The translations under genes and the position numbers were made by a program. Below, piece by piece: positions 40,331-53,499 of a stretch of 64,000 bases of DNA. This DNA is from Octopus sinensis (lineage: Eukaryota). The DNA lies in assembly GCF_006345805.1 (NCBI RefSeq), contig NC_043021.1, forward strand, positions 1,302,001 to 1,366,000. Reading direction: 5' to 3'. The notes beneath the pieces are model-generated. The model saw only the letters and a program-made list of their open reading frames with translations, did not search any database and was not told the origin of the DNA. How positions within the stretch are numbered: the first letter of the stretch is position 1; the number at the start of each line of letters is the position of its first letter.

Positions 40331-41344
40331 TGCTGAGCTAGACCTGTTCCCAAGCCTTTTGTGCCATTTACTGAAGCTGTTTGCGACATTTCAGAGTAAG
40401 ATGCACGCGCATTTTTAGGTATCTGCCAAACATTTCAACGATGTTACCAATATTTGATGTACAAGAAGTACCTGTGCACATGAATAATTTTTCAGTGGGT
40501 GCCGCATGAACTGCATTATCCCCACCTATTGACCCTAGAAGGCATAAAATCGGTGTGACATGAGAAAAACCCGGGTACTTCCAAGGCCTCAGGTTTTATT
40601 TTGGCGATTTCCTTCTCCTAGGTAGATTACCAACCAAGGTTTAAGAGCTTTTACTTGCCCATGAGGGAGGGTCTATCCTGTGCCAGACACCAAACCAACA
40701 CCCGAACGCTTCTCAGAGTGATTAAGTATCATTTTGGCATCCGACGTGGAGCAGTTCACACACGCGTAAAGAATGTAAAATATATGAAATTTTGAAATAT
40801 AAATAAAAAAAAATACATACATACATGCCTGTGTATCTATATTTATATTTACGCAAATATATACAAATATATAATGAGGGCGTATGTGTGTGTGTGAAGA
40901 GGTGTGGCTTCCTGGCTTTAATACTGCACTCACGATCTCATATCATGAGTTCGATTCCAGGACTGGGTGGAGGGCGTGTTGTCTCCTCGAACAAGGCAAT
41001 TTTATGTTTTTTCTTGTGGTTGTACACAACTGAGAATCAGTAACTTTGTACTGCTGCAGACTCTTCTCCCTCCATCCTCATCAATGTTTTGTTGAGTGAA
41101 GGTGCAGATGCAATTAACGAAAGCAGGCTACAGGCTACCAACCTATACACGCTTGCGCGCAAAGTTCATGCTTTTTTATCTTTCTTTACCCTGATGTAAC
41201 AAACACACACATTCATATATATGCATATGAATATATATGTATATTATATATATGTGTATATATATGTGTGTGCAGACACATATGTATATACACATACTTA
41301 CATACATGCACACAACACATACGGCCCCACAACACACGTAGAGC

Positions 41345-41640
41345 TTTATTCATGAGTAACGGGAAGCAAGATACGGAATTGGATGCCAGAATTGGAGAGG
41401 TTGCTATCTTCAGTTCGGTTTACGTGCCTATCCTCACTTACGGTCATGAATATTGGATGATGACCAAAAGAGTACAACCGAGAAAAGAAACGACCGAAAT
41501 GAGGTTCCTTCGAAGAATCTCTGTGGTAACGTTACTTAACAGGGTTCGTAGTTCGGAGATCAGAGAGTCTCTAGAGGTTACAGCTCCGGCACTATGGACA
41601 TGTGATTAGAATATAGCAGGAAAGAATCGCTAGATGGGGC
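41345..41640 (+). mobile_element. RTE LINE 3' fragment
   Basis: ELDARIG..VYVPILTYGHEYW..EMRFLRRI..RVRSSEIRESL. Confidence 0.75.
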
Positions 41641-41754
41641 CTCCAAGCCAAGTTAACCGGAAAATGTAATGATGATTTCTTATTATAAGACCCAATGGAG
41701 GAAGTAACTAGGGACGGTATCTACATAAAATATCGGACAGACAGACAGACAGAC

Positions 41755-41821
<67 letters not shown>

Positions 41822-41828
41822 CATATAT

Positions 41829-41867
<39 letters not shown>

Positions 41868-42746
41868 CTCACACACACACAGAGTAATGATCGTTAACAT
41901 AACAGTAAGACAGTTGTCAGTTTGAAATATACACTGAGATTGTTCGTAGAAAAAAAAATAGTTGCTTATCTATCTTCACTTTTGAATTACTGTGTAAATT
42001 GGCGGTGTTTATTGTAGTTCTACGGATCCAGTAACAAGCTGAGCTCCCTGTATGCACTTTATTGCACATGAAGGGAACTAAAGAAAGAGAAGTTAATGTG
42101 TGTGCTTTACCTGACTGTTTCAAATTTACTCCATCACACGGTGACGTTTATATTGAGCCTGATGTTCAAAATTGTATCAAATGCCTACATTGAAACCGTT
42201 TGAATGATACCAAACAGCGTTTCATGCAGGTTTAAACGCTTACGTTTTCGTAACTAGCTCGTTGCACCATTATGTGATCACTTACTTTGTTTTGTTTTGT
42301 TTGGGAAAGATTCACACGATCCAATTTTTTCTCCTCATAACTTTCAGGAAAATGGGTATCTTTCAATGAAAGTTTATACAAATACTTTTCAAACGGTATA
42401 GATTACGATTATATAAGAAATTTACGAGGAAAATTTTTGGTTAATTTTAGTGGGTGCACTTGTAAAGATTTGCCCCAATCGAACCCATTATTCATCCTCC
42501 AACACATGTAAAAATTTACCAGAAAAACTTGGGTAGGGAAGGAATGTCAAAAGGTTGACATTTTGAATTGAAAGACTTTCTGAAATTTTACTGTCATAAA
42601 TTCAGAATGCGCAGCTATCTTCCCTCTGCCAATCACCATCAGGTAAAACTTCAACATTCGTGAGATTGCCATTCTCGGTTGAGGCCACTTCTTATTACGA
42701 AAATTTCATTATGAAAATATCTGATTTAATATTTACATGAAAGAAA

Positions 42747-42970
42747 GGCGACGAGCTGGCAGAAACGTTAGCACGCCGGGTGAAACGCTTATCGGTATTT
42801 CGTCTGCTGTTACGCTGTGAGTTCAAATTCCGCCGAGGTCGACTTAACCTTTCGGGGTTGATAAATTAAGTACAAGTTACGCACTGGTGTCGATGTAATC
42901 GACTTAATACCTATGTCTGTCCTTGTTTGTCCCCTCTATGTTTAGCCCCTTGTGGGTAATAAAGAAATAG
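42747..42970 (+). mobile_element. tRNA-derived SINE (family of 15163)
   Basis: GGCGACGAGCTGGCAGAAACGTTAGCACG..GAGTTCAAATTCCGCCGAGG. Confidence 0.85.
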
Positions 42971-43250
42971 GTACTTATTCTATCAGTTTCTTCTTGTGAA
43001 ACCAGTAAGTTATGGGGATGTAAATAAACGAACACCAGTTGTGAAGCAGTGATGAGGGAGAAACACAAAGAGACACACATAGACTTACATATATATACAA
43101 TTGATTTCTTTCAGTTTCTGTCTACAAAATCCACTGACAAGGCTTTGGTTGGCCTGAGGCTATAGCAGAAGACTTGCCAAGTTACCACACAGTGGGACTG
43201 AACTGAGGACCATGTGTTTTGGAACCAAGTGTGTTACCACACAGCCACAC
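42970..43250 (-). mobile_element. tRNA/CORE-like SINE (family of 1716)
   Basis: Reverse complement GTGGCTGTGTGGTAA..GTTCAGTCCCACTG..GCTATAGCC..GAAACTGAAAGAA. Confidence 0.8.
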
Positions 43251-43704
43251 CTGAAACTATGTGTGTGTATGTATGTGTGTGGGTGTGTGTGGGTGTATAT
43301 GGGTTTATATATGTATGCATGTCTATATGTGTAGATATATGTATACATATTACATGTACATCTATCTATCTCTCTATCTATATATATACTCATACATGTA
43401 TGCATATACATCTATACATATACATGTATACATATACATCTATATATATACATGTATATATACATCTATATATAAACATGTATATACAATTGTTCGTTTG
43501 TTTTCCACCTGCCTTCGTCTTTTGTTTATTTTCATAAAGCTTCCCGTTATATATATATATACATGTATATATATACATACATTCACTCGCACGCACGTAC
43601 ACACACACGCACACACACACACACATTTACATATATATATACTATACATTCACACACACACACACACGTACAAACACACACAAACCCACATACATACCGA
43701 CAGA

Positions 43705-43735
<31 letters not shown>

Positions 43736-44745
43736 TATATACATGTTTATATATAGATGTATATATACATGTATATATATAGATGTATATGTATACATGT
43801 ATATGTATAGATGTATATGCATACATGTATGAGTATATATATAGAGAGAGATAGATAGATGTACATGTAATATGTACACATATATCTACACATATAGACA
43901 TGCATACATATATAAACCCATATACACCCACACACACCCACACACATACATACACACACATAGTTTCAGGTGTGGCTGTGTGGTAACACACTTGGTTCCA
44001 AAATATATACATACATTCACTCGCACGCACGTACACACACACGCACACACACACACACACATTTACATATATATATACTATACACTCACACACACATATA
44101 CACGTACAAACACACACAAACTCACATACACACCGACAGATATACATGCACAATATACACCTAACCGCGCACGCACACATACACACAAACACATACAAAC
44201 GCACACATAGAAACGCACACATACACGCACACACATACACGTACATACATACACTCTCACACAAATGAACCCACATATACATCCCTACACACACACACGC
44301 ACATACAAGTTTATTAGGTTAAACAGTTTCTCGCCACACACCCACACTCTACGCATACACACACGAACACACACATGCACACACACACACACACTACAAA
44401 CAACACACACGCATGATACATATAGCCTTTGTTTTTTTTGACCCGGCTTGACCTGGCTTGACACAAACAGCCAGTAGTCATCACGACAGCTGGCTTTGTC
44501 ATTGTCTTTATTCACCAAAAATACACACACACACACACACACGCACGCACAAACATACTTGTCATCTTGCACACACACACACACACACACACACAGGCAT
44601 TCCCTTTTTTTGGAACTCTCTTGCATTATAAAACCATATTTCAACTACCTTCAAATTCCGTTCTTTCAATATGTGATCTCTTAAGCACCACCAGCTCAAA
44701 TATTTTCTCCTCTGTCTTCCCTCCTTGGGATCTTTCCTTCTCCTT

Positions 44746-44780
44746 GTTTCCGACGAAGAGCTCCGCTCGAAACGTTAAAC
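44746..44780 (+). ncRNA. Minimal hammerhead-like motif (U4C, extra A)
   Basis: GUUU-CCGACGA-A-GAGC-UCC-GCUC-GAAAC-GUU/AAAC. Confidence 0.55.
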
Positions 44781-44979
44781 CCTCCTCCCTTCTTTCCTGA
44801 GCGTCATAATACTTTATTGTTCCACGTCCTGCGTTGCTGTGTTTTTTTCTCTCTTTTTTTCTCTTTATTTCTGTGTTTTCTTGTTTGGATTAACTTTATA
44901 TATATATATTATATATATGTTTTCCACCTGCCTTCGTCTTTTGTTTATTTTCATAAAGCTTCCCGTTATAATATATATA

Positions 44980-45020
<41 letters not shown>

Positions 45021-45024
<4 letters not shown>

Positions 45025-45986
45025 GTATGTAGAAAAATACAACATGGACAGAACGTATAACTCTTAGAAGACGATACAATAAACATGGACAGGACATTCG
45101 AACCCCTCAGTCTTCAGTCAAGAACCGGATCATCGTAGTAATTCGGCTGATTAATCTTGAGATTACTAGATCACGGCAGCCCTCCGAAAAACTAAGCAAC
45201 GAGCATTAAAAAACTAAGCTGGAAGCGTAGATTTCTGGAAGAAGGATCGAATGCATACAACAACACCAGGACAGCAAAAGGGACAGATATAAAAAACAAA
45301 AAACAATAATGGAATACAGAAACATGAAATACAGAAGCATTAACGGTGAAAACAACAAGTGTCTTACGACTGATAACAAGCAAACAAATTTTTTCTCTGG
45401 CGCATTGGAAAAAAGCCTTTATAGCGGCGGAACGAAAAACAACGATGTTAACACGACGAGGGTCAGGAGCTGAAAGGCAGATTTCGGCCAACAGTCACGT
45501 GACACAGAGAAGAGGGAAAAGAAAAGAAAAGAAGCAAAGGAAGAGAGAGAGAAGGGGGACAAAACGCAACAAAGAGAGAGAAAAGAGAGAGAAAGAAGGG
45601 ATCAGAGGAGAAGGGATGGGTTCGAAGAATGACCTGTGAGTGCAGAGCGAGACAAAGAAATAGGAGGGTAGTGGAAGACTAGACCAAAGATCAGAGGAAA
45701 GAGAAGATGAATAGAGAGAAAAAGATAGAGAGAGGGGGACAGATCAGTAAAAATGAGAGAGAGAGAGAGACAAACAGAGAGTCGTACCAATTATTAAGAA
45801 TATGTGTTTCACATTAATGATAAGGGGGTACGGGCGCCTGGAATATATGTTAAGGTATTTAGAAAAATACAACATGGACAAGAACGTATAACTCTTAGAA
45901 GACATACAAAAACATGGACATACATTCGAACCCCTCAGTCTTCAGTCAAGAACCGTCATCGTAGTAATTTCGGCTGATTAATCTTG
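45021..45986. mobile_element. Non-coding element bounded by ~137-bp direct repeats
   Basis: 45021-45158 matches 45850-45986, differing mostly by small indels. Confidence 0.6.
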
Positions 45987-45995
45987 TATATCTAC

Positions 45996-46283
45996 GCGAG
46001 AAAGAAGCAACAAGATGGATAGGTTTTTATATGTACAATCGTTTCATACAAGGACAGGCTTTATTAAATGTTGCAAAAATTACACCATAAAACGTGTCCC
46101 GTACTCATCAGCTAAAATACATGTGAGTTCTCTAGACATCCTAGGATGTCTAGAGAACTCACATGTATTTTAGCTGATTTACGGGACACGTTATATGCTG
46201 TAATTTTTGCAACATTTAATAAGCCTGTCCTTGTAGAAACGATTGTACTAAAAACCTATCCATTCTTGTTGCTTCTTTCTCGC
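45996..46283. repeat. Loopless palindrome, ~145-bp arms (perfect 72-bp core 46107-46178), with third arm copy at 46505-46648
   Basis: Centre GACATCCTAGGATGTC, by direct inspection. Confidence 0.92.
46024..46117 (-). ncRNA. Type I hammerhead ribozyme with extended stem II
   Basis: UUUUAG-CUGAUGA-GUACGGGACA..UGUCCUUGUAU-GAAAC-GAUU-GUA/C. Stem I partner CUAAAA is intact in the other two arm copies and interrupted in this one. Confidence 0.7.
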
Positions 46284-46407
46284 TTATAATCACCCCACAT
46301 TACTGTATTTTTAACACAGTATAGTTTTTTTTGGTGCATCTAAGTTAGGTACCATATTCAAGTTAAATTCATTTAAATTAACTTGAATCGTTATTGCTTT
46401 ATATATA

Positions 46408-46440
<33 letters not shown>

Positions 46441-46865
46441 TATTATATAGATATATATATATATATATCTAATATAATATTTCATAAGTATAACCTCACC
46501 CACTAAGATGTCTAGAGATACTCATATGTATTTTAGCTGATGAGTACGGGACACTTTAATCTGCTGCAATTTTTGCAACTTGTATAAAGCCTGTCTTTGT
46601 ATAAACAATTTACTAAAAACTAATCCATTCTTTTGCTTCTTTCTCGTATATATTAATATATTAATATATATATAATATATATAGATATATATATATATAT
46701 ATATACCTGTATATATATATTATATACCGTATGTATAATATATATAGACATGTATGTATATATATATTATATATATATATTATATCTAATATACATGTTT
46801 TATCTATAATCTATATACATGTATGTATTATATTATATACCTGTATGTATTATATATATACATGT

Positions 46866-46943
<78 letters not shown>

Positions 46944-46944
46944 C

Positions 46945-47525
46945 ACATAAAATCTGCTGTGTGGCGCACCCGGTGCTTGGCGGTATAACCAGGTGGGCAG
47001 ACGGGCTCGTTAGGCCTGGTTGGCAGCCAGTCTAGGAGAAGGAAAACTTCTGACTCCAAACCCTCGCTCCGCTGCCTGCGATGCTCTTGGGAGAGGGAAA
47101 GGCTATGGGAGTAAACCCAGACATAAATGGAGTGGAGCCCGAAGGCGTAGGGTGTCGATCTCGACCCCTTTTCCAGCAACTCCTGCAGCCAACCATACTC
47201 CAAACGTACTGCACTGCTTCCTTTGGATTATGTCTGGGGCCGAGAAGGAGATTCTGGTGGTCTGGGCATCCCGTGTCTTCGTTCCTACCGCCGGCTTGCG
47301 CCATGGAGAACTACTCCCATTCGATGGGCACAGCTGTGATCGGACAGGGGACAGGAGGCGGCCAACGCAGCAACAACCCCCACACGTACCCATCGATGTT
47401 TCGTGGGCAGCACTGTACCAGGGACTGCCACTCTAGAATTGGACTGTTCAGTCACAGGCAGACGCTGCTCATCATCAAAGTAGGCCCCACCCTTGGCCGA
47501 CCCATTGTCTATCAGACAGACGGGA
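46945..47525 (+). mobile_element. GC-rich RTE-like 5' region fragment
   Basis: GGCAGCCAGTCTAGGAGAAGGAAAAC motif recalled from RTE 5' UTRs. No RT ORF. Confidence 0.45.
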
Positions 47526-47570
47526 AAGATCTACCATACATATATGCATATACATCTATAAATATAGATG

Positions 47571-47602
<32 letters not shown>

Positions 47603-47650
47603 TATATATATAATATTATATATATGTATACATCCATATATATACATATA

Positions 47651-48010
47651 TCTCTATATATAAAACTGAGAATGTGTGTCTGTCTGTGTCTTTCCCTACA
47701 CAACCAATTTCATTCAAATTTTCCACATGCCTTACTTAGGGTCCGGGGAGTGTCATCGGCAAAGAAAATTTTTAACTTTTTGCCTAGGGCGAGCCCACAG
47801 CAATATCATATTTTCTCCACTACGATTCCCTAAAACTTGAGAATTACACAACCAATTTCATTCAAATTTTACACATGCCTTACTTAGATTCCATGTAGTT
47901 TCATGGGCAAAAAAATGTTCAACTTCTTGCCTAGAGCGAGCCCATAGCAATATCATATCTTCTCCACTATTTCAGTATTACGTGTTAAAAGTGAAACAAA
48001 AACATTTCTC
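47651..48010 (+). mobile_element. Helitron-like non-autonomous element 5' part with internal ~150-bp duplication
   Basis: A|TC-TCTATATATAAAACTGAGAATG start. 47697-47821 matches 47847-47970. Inverted relative at 50850-51240. Confidence 0.6.
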
Positions 48011-49307
48011 TATTTTATGTCAGATAATTTCACTTTAACAATAAAAATAATAATAACAATTGAATTATATGTAGTAAGTAATAATTAAAATCAAACTAAA
48101 GTATAATATAATCGTAACATAACAAAAGTAAAAATAGCAATTGATATAAAATTGCATCAATGACTTGAACTTGAATAAGTGGTTTCACATGAATGGGAAT
48201 AAATTAAAAATAAAATTAGCATGCAGAAATGGAATAGTCCAGATGAAGCTGTGCTTTTACATTAGAATATCTGCTAATTAGCTAGCATTAAGTATCTATA
48301 TGAAATTTGGGTGTATGTAATATCTGTTTTCTCGAACAGCCGCTCCTACAGAGTACTGGTGTTGGTTTATTTCTTATACATAAAGGATTAAAGCTTCAAC
48401 TGCTTACTGCTTTCTGCTTTCTGACTCATCGTAAGGTTTGTTGTTATTATTATTACTGTTTAACTATTGTTATCACGTTTGTTGGTTCCTCGTAAAGAAA
48501 ACATTGTTGTGTTGCATTTGTTAAATAATTGTAAACTGTAACCCTCCCCCTTTGGGAGAAGGAGCTTTGGTTATTGTTTAAAAATTGAATTGTGTCCCTG
48601 TTTGGGGAAATCGACAATATTTTCACCTTTTACACGGAAGCATTTTTGTTAGAATGCCTTCGATAGAAGAAAGTCCAAAAATGAATTTCGCTGCAGCCGT
48701 CGGCGGGCGCAAACTCATTGAAATTAAAATGGAAGAAATCCGGATTGATCACCGACAAAGACGGTGAATCTAGGCTAACACCACCAAACGAAATAAAAAA
48801 TTAGATTAAAGAAAAGACTATTGTCTATAAAGTATACAATATAGAGAAAAAAAGATTGGAACACCTGGAGGAAAGCACTATCGAAAAGTGTCTTGGTGCG
48901 ACTATGAAAGATATCTAACCAGAGGCGGTAAATTCGCCACAATAGAAGCAAGGTTCGAGTCAACGGAGCGTGCAAGGGAGTACTCGACTCGAACCTTGCA
49001 AAGTGGAAATATTTTATTTTTACCTTTAAATCTGGGACGTAGACGTCCCGGATAAAAATAAAAAAATGTCCCCCCAGAAGTAGAGGTAGGCTGGATTGTA
49101 GCCACACTTCTATACAAGAGGAAGGACAAGATCCAATTGATCGAAATTGCAAGACACGGGCCTACAATTCCAGTCTGTTATATATTTTGAGTATTGTTAT
49201 CACTAGCGATATCAAGATATAACTTTGTATTTTGTATTTTATGTGTACATGTATATATATAGATGTACATGTAATATGTACACATATATATACACATATA
49301 TACATGC

Positions 49308-49348
49308 ACTAGCACTATGACCCGGCAACGACGGGTCATAGTGCTAGT
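49308..49348. other. Perfect 17-bp hairpin with CTAG at both ends (Helitron 3'-end-like)
   Basis: ACTAGCACTATGACCCG-GCAACGA-CGGGTCATAGTGCTAGT. Confidence 0.8.
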
Positions 49349-49549
49349 ATTATATATATACTTGTAAATTTAAATTAAAAATAACAAGGGTGAATAATTG
49401 AATATTAATTTGATTAATATGAATTGAAAACCAGTGGTGTAGCATATAAGACCATAGCGGATCTTCTTCTAGCAAAATGGATGTCCACTGTTAATGGTTA
49501 CATATATATATATACGATTGATTTGTTTCAGTTCCTGTCGACGAAATCC

Positions 49550-49600
<51 letters not shown>

Positions 49601-49880
49601 AGATATTATATTATATATATGTATATATATATATATATGTATATATATATGTGTACATATATATATGTATATATATATGTGTACATATATATATATATAT
49701 ATATGTGTGTATATATATATGTGGTGTATATATATGTGTGTATATATATTATGTGTGTATATATATATATATGTGTGTGTAATATATAATGTGTATAATA
49801 TATATATATGTGTGTGTGTATATATATATATATGTGTGTATATATATATGTGTATATATATATGTATATATATATATATA

Positions 49881-49968
<88 letters not shown>

Positions 49969-50079
49969 TGTATGTATGTATGTATACACGCACACACAAA
50001 GATAAATTTATAGATACGACTGAGCGGGTAAACAAAAATATGAGACACAGCCTAGTGCTTTTTTTATGTTGATAAGCCT

Positions 50080-50372
50080 GGTACTTATTCTATCAGTTTC
50101 TTCTTGTGAAACCAGTAAGTTATGGGGATGTAAATAAACGAACACCAGTTGTGAAGCAGTGATGAGGGAGAAACACAAAGAGACACACATAGACTTACAT
50201 ATATACATACATAAATATACAATTGATTTCTTTCAGTTTCTGTCTACAAAATCCACTGACAAGGCCTTGGTTGGCCTGAGGCTATAGCAGAAGACACATG
50301 CCAAGTTAACACACAGTGGGACTGAACTGAGGACCATGTGTTTTGGAACCAAGTTTGTTACCACACAGCCAT
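50080..50372 (-). mobile_element. SINE copy near-identical to 42970-43250
   Basis: Long identical stretches, including flanking microsatellite. Confidence 0.85.
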
Positions 50373-50720
50373 ACCTGCACCTATATGTGTGTGTGTATGT
50401 GGGTGTAGATGGGTGTGTGTGTGTATGTGTTTATATATGTATGTATGTATATATGTCTATATATATGTGTACATATTACATGTACATCTATATATACATC
50501 TACACATACATGTATACATATACATCTAGGCATATACATGTATATATATACAGCTATACATATACATGTATACATATGCAGCTATACATATACATGTATA
50601 CATATACAGCTATACATATACATGTATACATATACATCTATATATATACATGTATATATATATATAAATATACATCCATATATACATATATACATATGTA
50701 TATATATATACATCCATAAT

Positions 50721-50789
<69 letters not shown>

Positions 50790-50849
50790 TATATATATAT
50801 GTTTATATACATGTAAATATAATTTTTAAATAATAAATGTGAAAAATTT

Positions 50850-51240
50850 AATATTAATTTGATTAATATGAATTGAAAACCGGTGGTGAGGCGTATATGA
50901 CCATAGCGGATCTTCTTCTAGCAAAATGGATGTCCACTGTTAATGGTTCATCCCTGTTATATAATAGTTTCACTTTAATTAAAGTGACAGTATCTGACAT
51001 TACTATAGAGAGATGTTTTTGTTTCACTTTTAACACGTAATACTGAAATAGTGGAGAAGATATGATATTGCTGTGGGCTCGCCCTAGGCAAGAAGTTAAA
51101 AATTTTTTCGCCCATGACACTACATGGACCCTAAGTAAGGCATGTGTAAAATTTGAATGAAAGTGGTTGTGTAGTTCTCAAGTTTTAGGGATTCACACAG
51201 ACAGACAGACACACACACACATTCTCAGTTTTATATATAT
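50850..51240 (-). mobile_element. Helitron-like element (family of 47651)
   Basis: Reverse complement of 47651-48010 motifs. 50850-50948 is also repeated at 49401-49498. Confidence 0.6.
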
Positions 51241-51246
51241 ATTATA

Positions 51247-51277
<31 letters not shown>

Positions 51278-51311
51278 ATATAATATATATATATTATATA
51301 ATATATATATA

Positions 51312-51605
51312 AGTATAGGAAAGAATGGAGCTGAGCGAAGATTTAACAAAATTCCTTTATTTTATTTTCGACATATGTTTCGAAGTCTGCAAAATAAAAT
51401 AAAGGAATTTTGTTAAATCTTCGCTCAGCTCCATTCTTTCCTATACTATTATATTAAATTAAACCTCAAATTTCCGCACTAAGGCACGGAGCATAAGCCC
51501 TATGGTCGTAACTTCAACCGTGTTCTTTCTGTTGTGAGTTTGCTACCCAGGTATCGGTTATCTTTCGAATTATCCGTAATAAGATAATTCATTTATCTAC
51601 TTAAA
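51312..51605 (+). mobile_element. Severely truncated PLE1-family 3' end with perfect 57-bp inverted repeat
   Basis: 51391-51605 is similar to the reverse complement of 6920-7133. 51312-51368 / 51391-51447 is a perfect IR. Confidence 0.8.
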
Positions 51606-51610
51606 TATAT

Positions 51611-51657
<47 letters not shown>

Positions 51658-53499
51658 CATGTCATTCATATATTTCTATACATATATACTGCATTCATAT
51701 ATAGTTTTTAGCCACTATAACATGGCTGTTCTATAAAGAACTATGTTGCGACATTTTAATTCCAGGAAAACGTCTTTTTCAGCTGGTTAACGACACACAA
51801 CTTGTGTCCGGTATATTGTGAGTAAAGGGGCGAATCACTCCCCTCCAGCTTGGTAAGATGCGTAGACCATGGTTTCTGGGTCTTTACTCTTCATCGGTAC
51901 TGGACACCTGCCTGCTAGAGACGGCAGTCAATCGTCCCTAGTCACAATATAAAAACAGAAAAGCGGCAGACGTCTGCTGATCTTGTAACGTGCAAAATAG
52001 CTAGTTCGAAAATCTCTAAACAAGATATATGTAATACTAATACTAGACGGTAAAACGTTTTTTTGCCACTATCAACCTTTAGTTATAGAATACTGTTTTG
52101 GCTATAAGTTTTGGCTAAGAATGATGTTGATAATCTTTTTATATTGCAATATATATTTTGTAATGCGTTCTTTCAATATACTGTTACTTATAATACTAGT
52201 TAGATTTTAGTTGCCTACAAGCTAGTCTCTTTTTAGGGTGATATTTCTAATATGCCTTTCATCTATTCTTACCACTATGGCTCCTAACCCCTCCCACTTG
52301 TCCCATTCTCATCCTCTTTCCTTTACTTTTGGTTCTTTTTTTTCTATTTCGTAATGCTGGAAGCAATGTTGTTTAGGCAAAGGTAACTTATCTTAACATT
52401 TTGTACATTACACGCTTCTTATTTATATGCTTAGGAGATGTTGCACAAAATTAAAATTAAAATAAAAGGCATAAACTTTTTTTTGCTACATAGGGAGTGA
52501 TATCTTGGTTGAATGGATAAGTGCACTAGTTATTTTCCTCAACTCAATTCTTTTCGGAGTTGGAATGGCGTATCATCCACATACAGTTATTTCTCACTAA
52601 ATACACACTTCGCAAACGCCACGTAGTAGTGGTGTGAATCTTTATATTTCTGCCAGATGATAGCTTGGAGGTTCTTCAACCGAATTCTAAATAATAAGTG
52701 GTAGGCGATTCGAATTACTCCGTTTATGTACAGTTTGTCCATTGGGATTTCTGTAGTGTTAGAATTTGCCATTCTTGAGCAATAAAATAACGCGCAAGAA
52801 GTAGATTTAGTTTAGTAGTGATGGCTATACTTTGGCTTCAATATATGATTTCACAGAAGTAGTTTTTTTTTAACGACGTAGCAATGCCTGATGCTAATCG
52901 TGGGACTTGTTTTTATTTAAATAACATATTGTATCCTATTTTATGTCATTGGTGGGGTATGTGGCTCAGCCTGTACAAAACTAATCTATTTACTTTCCAG
53001 CGCCAGTTATGTCTTAATTACTGCGATGTCTCAAGTGCTTCATAAACAATTTGTTTTCGAAATTTACTTAAAGTTAAATTTTTTATTGTGTGGCAAAATT
53101 AAATTGTTTCTTTTCTTATTTGCATAATCATCTCATTTGCTAAATATAAAGTTAACAAATGTTAGGAATTGAAATATGTTTAAATGTAAGAACTAAATTC
53201 TTAGTGAGTGATGAACTCGATAACTTACTTCGTCGTCTTGCATCCTAAATAACTTATTTCGTGATCTTACCGTACTCAATAGTCAATGAAGTTCTGGCCA
53301 ATTATCAGATAAATATCAATGGAGAGATTTGTAAATTGTTCTATTTTATGTCGAATTACATCCATTTTTCAATAATTAGAATTCAAAATTTTACCGAATT
53401 CATCATTTCTCATTTATTCAATACTTTCAGATTAATTTCAATAATAACGTGTCTGGAATGTTAAGTTTACATGAAAGCGTTTGAACATGTACGTGTCTC

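Noticed and set aside
45081-45160. Hammerhead in the 137-bp direct repeat
   Set aside because: CUGAAGA is present, but stem II, stem III and GUH could not be assembled.
47081-47833. 250-aa ORF as a host gene
   Set aside because: It runs from an RTE-like GC-rich fragment through a microsatellite into a Helitron-like element, so it is chimeric and has no recognisable domain.
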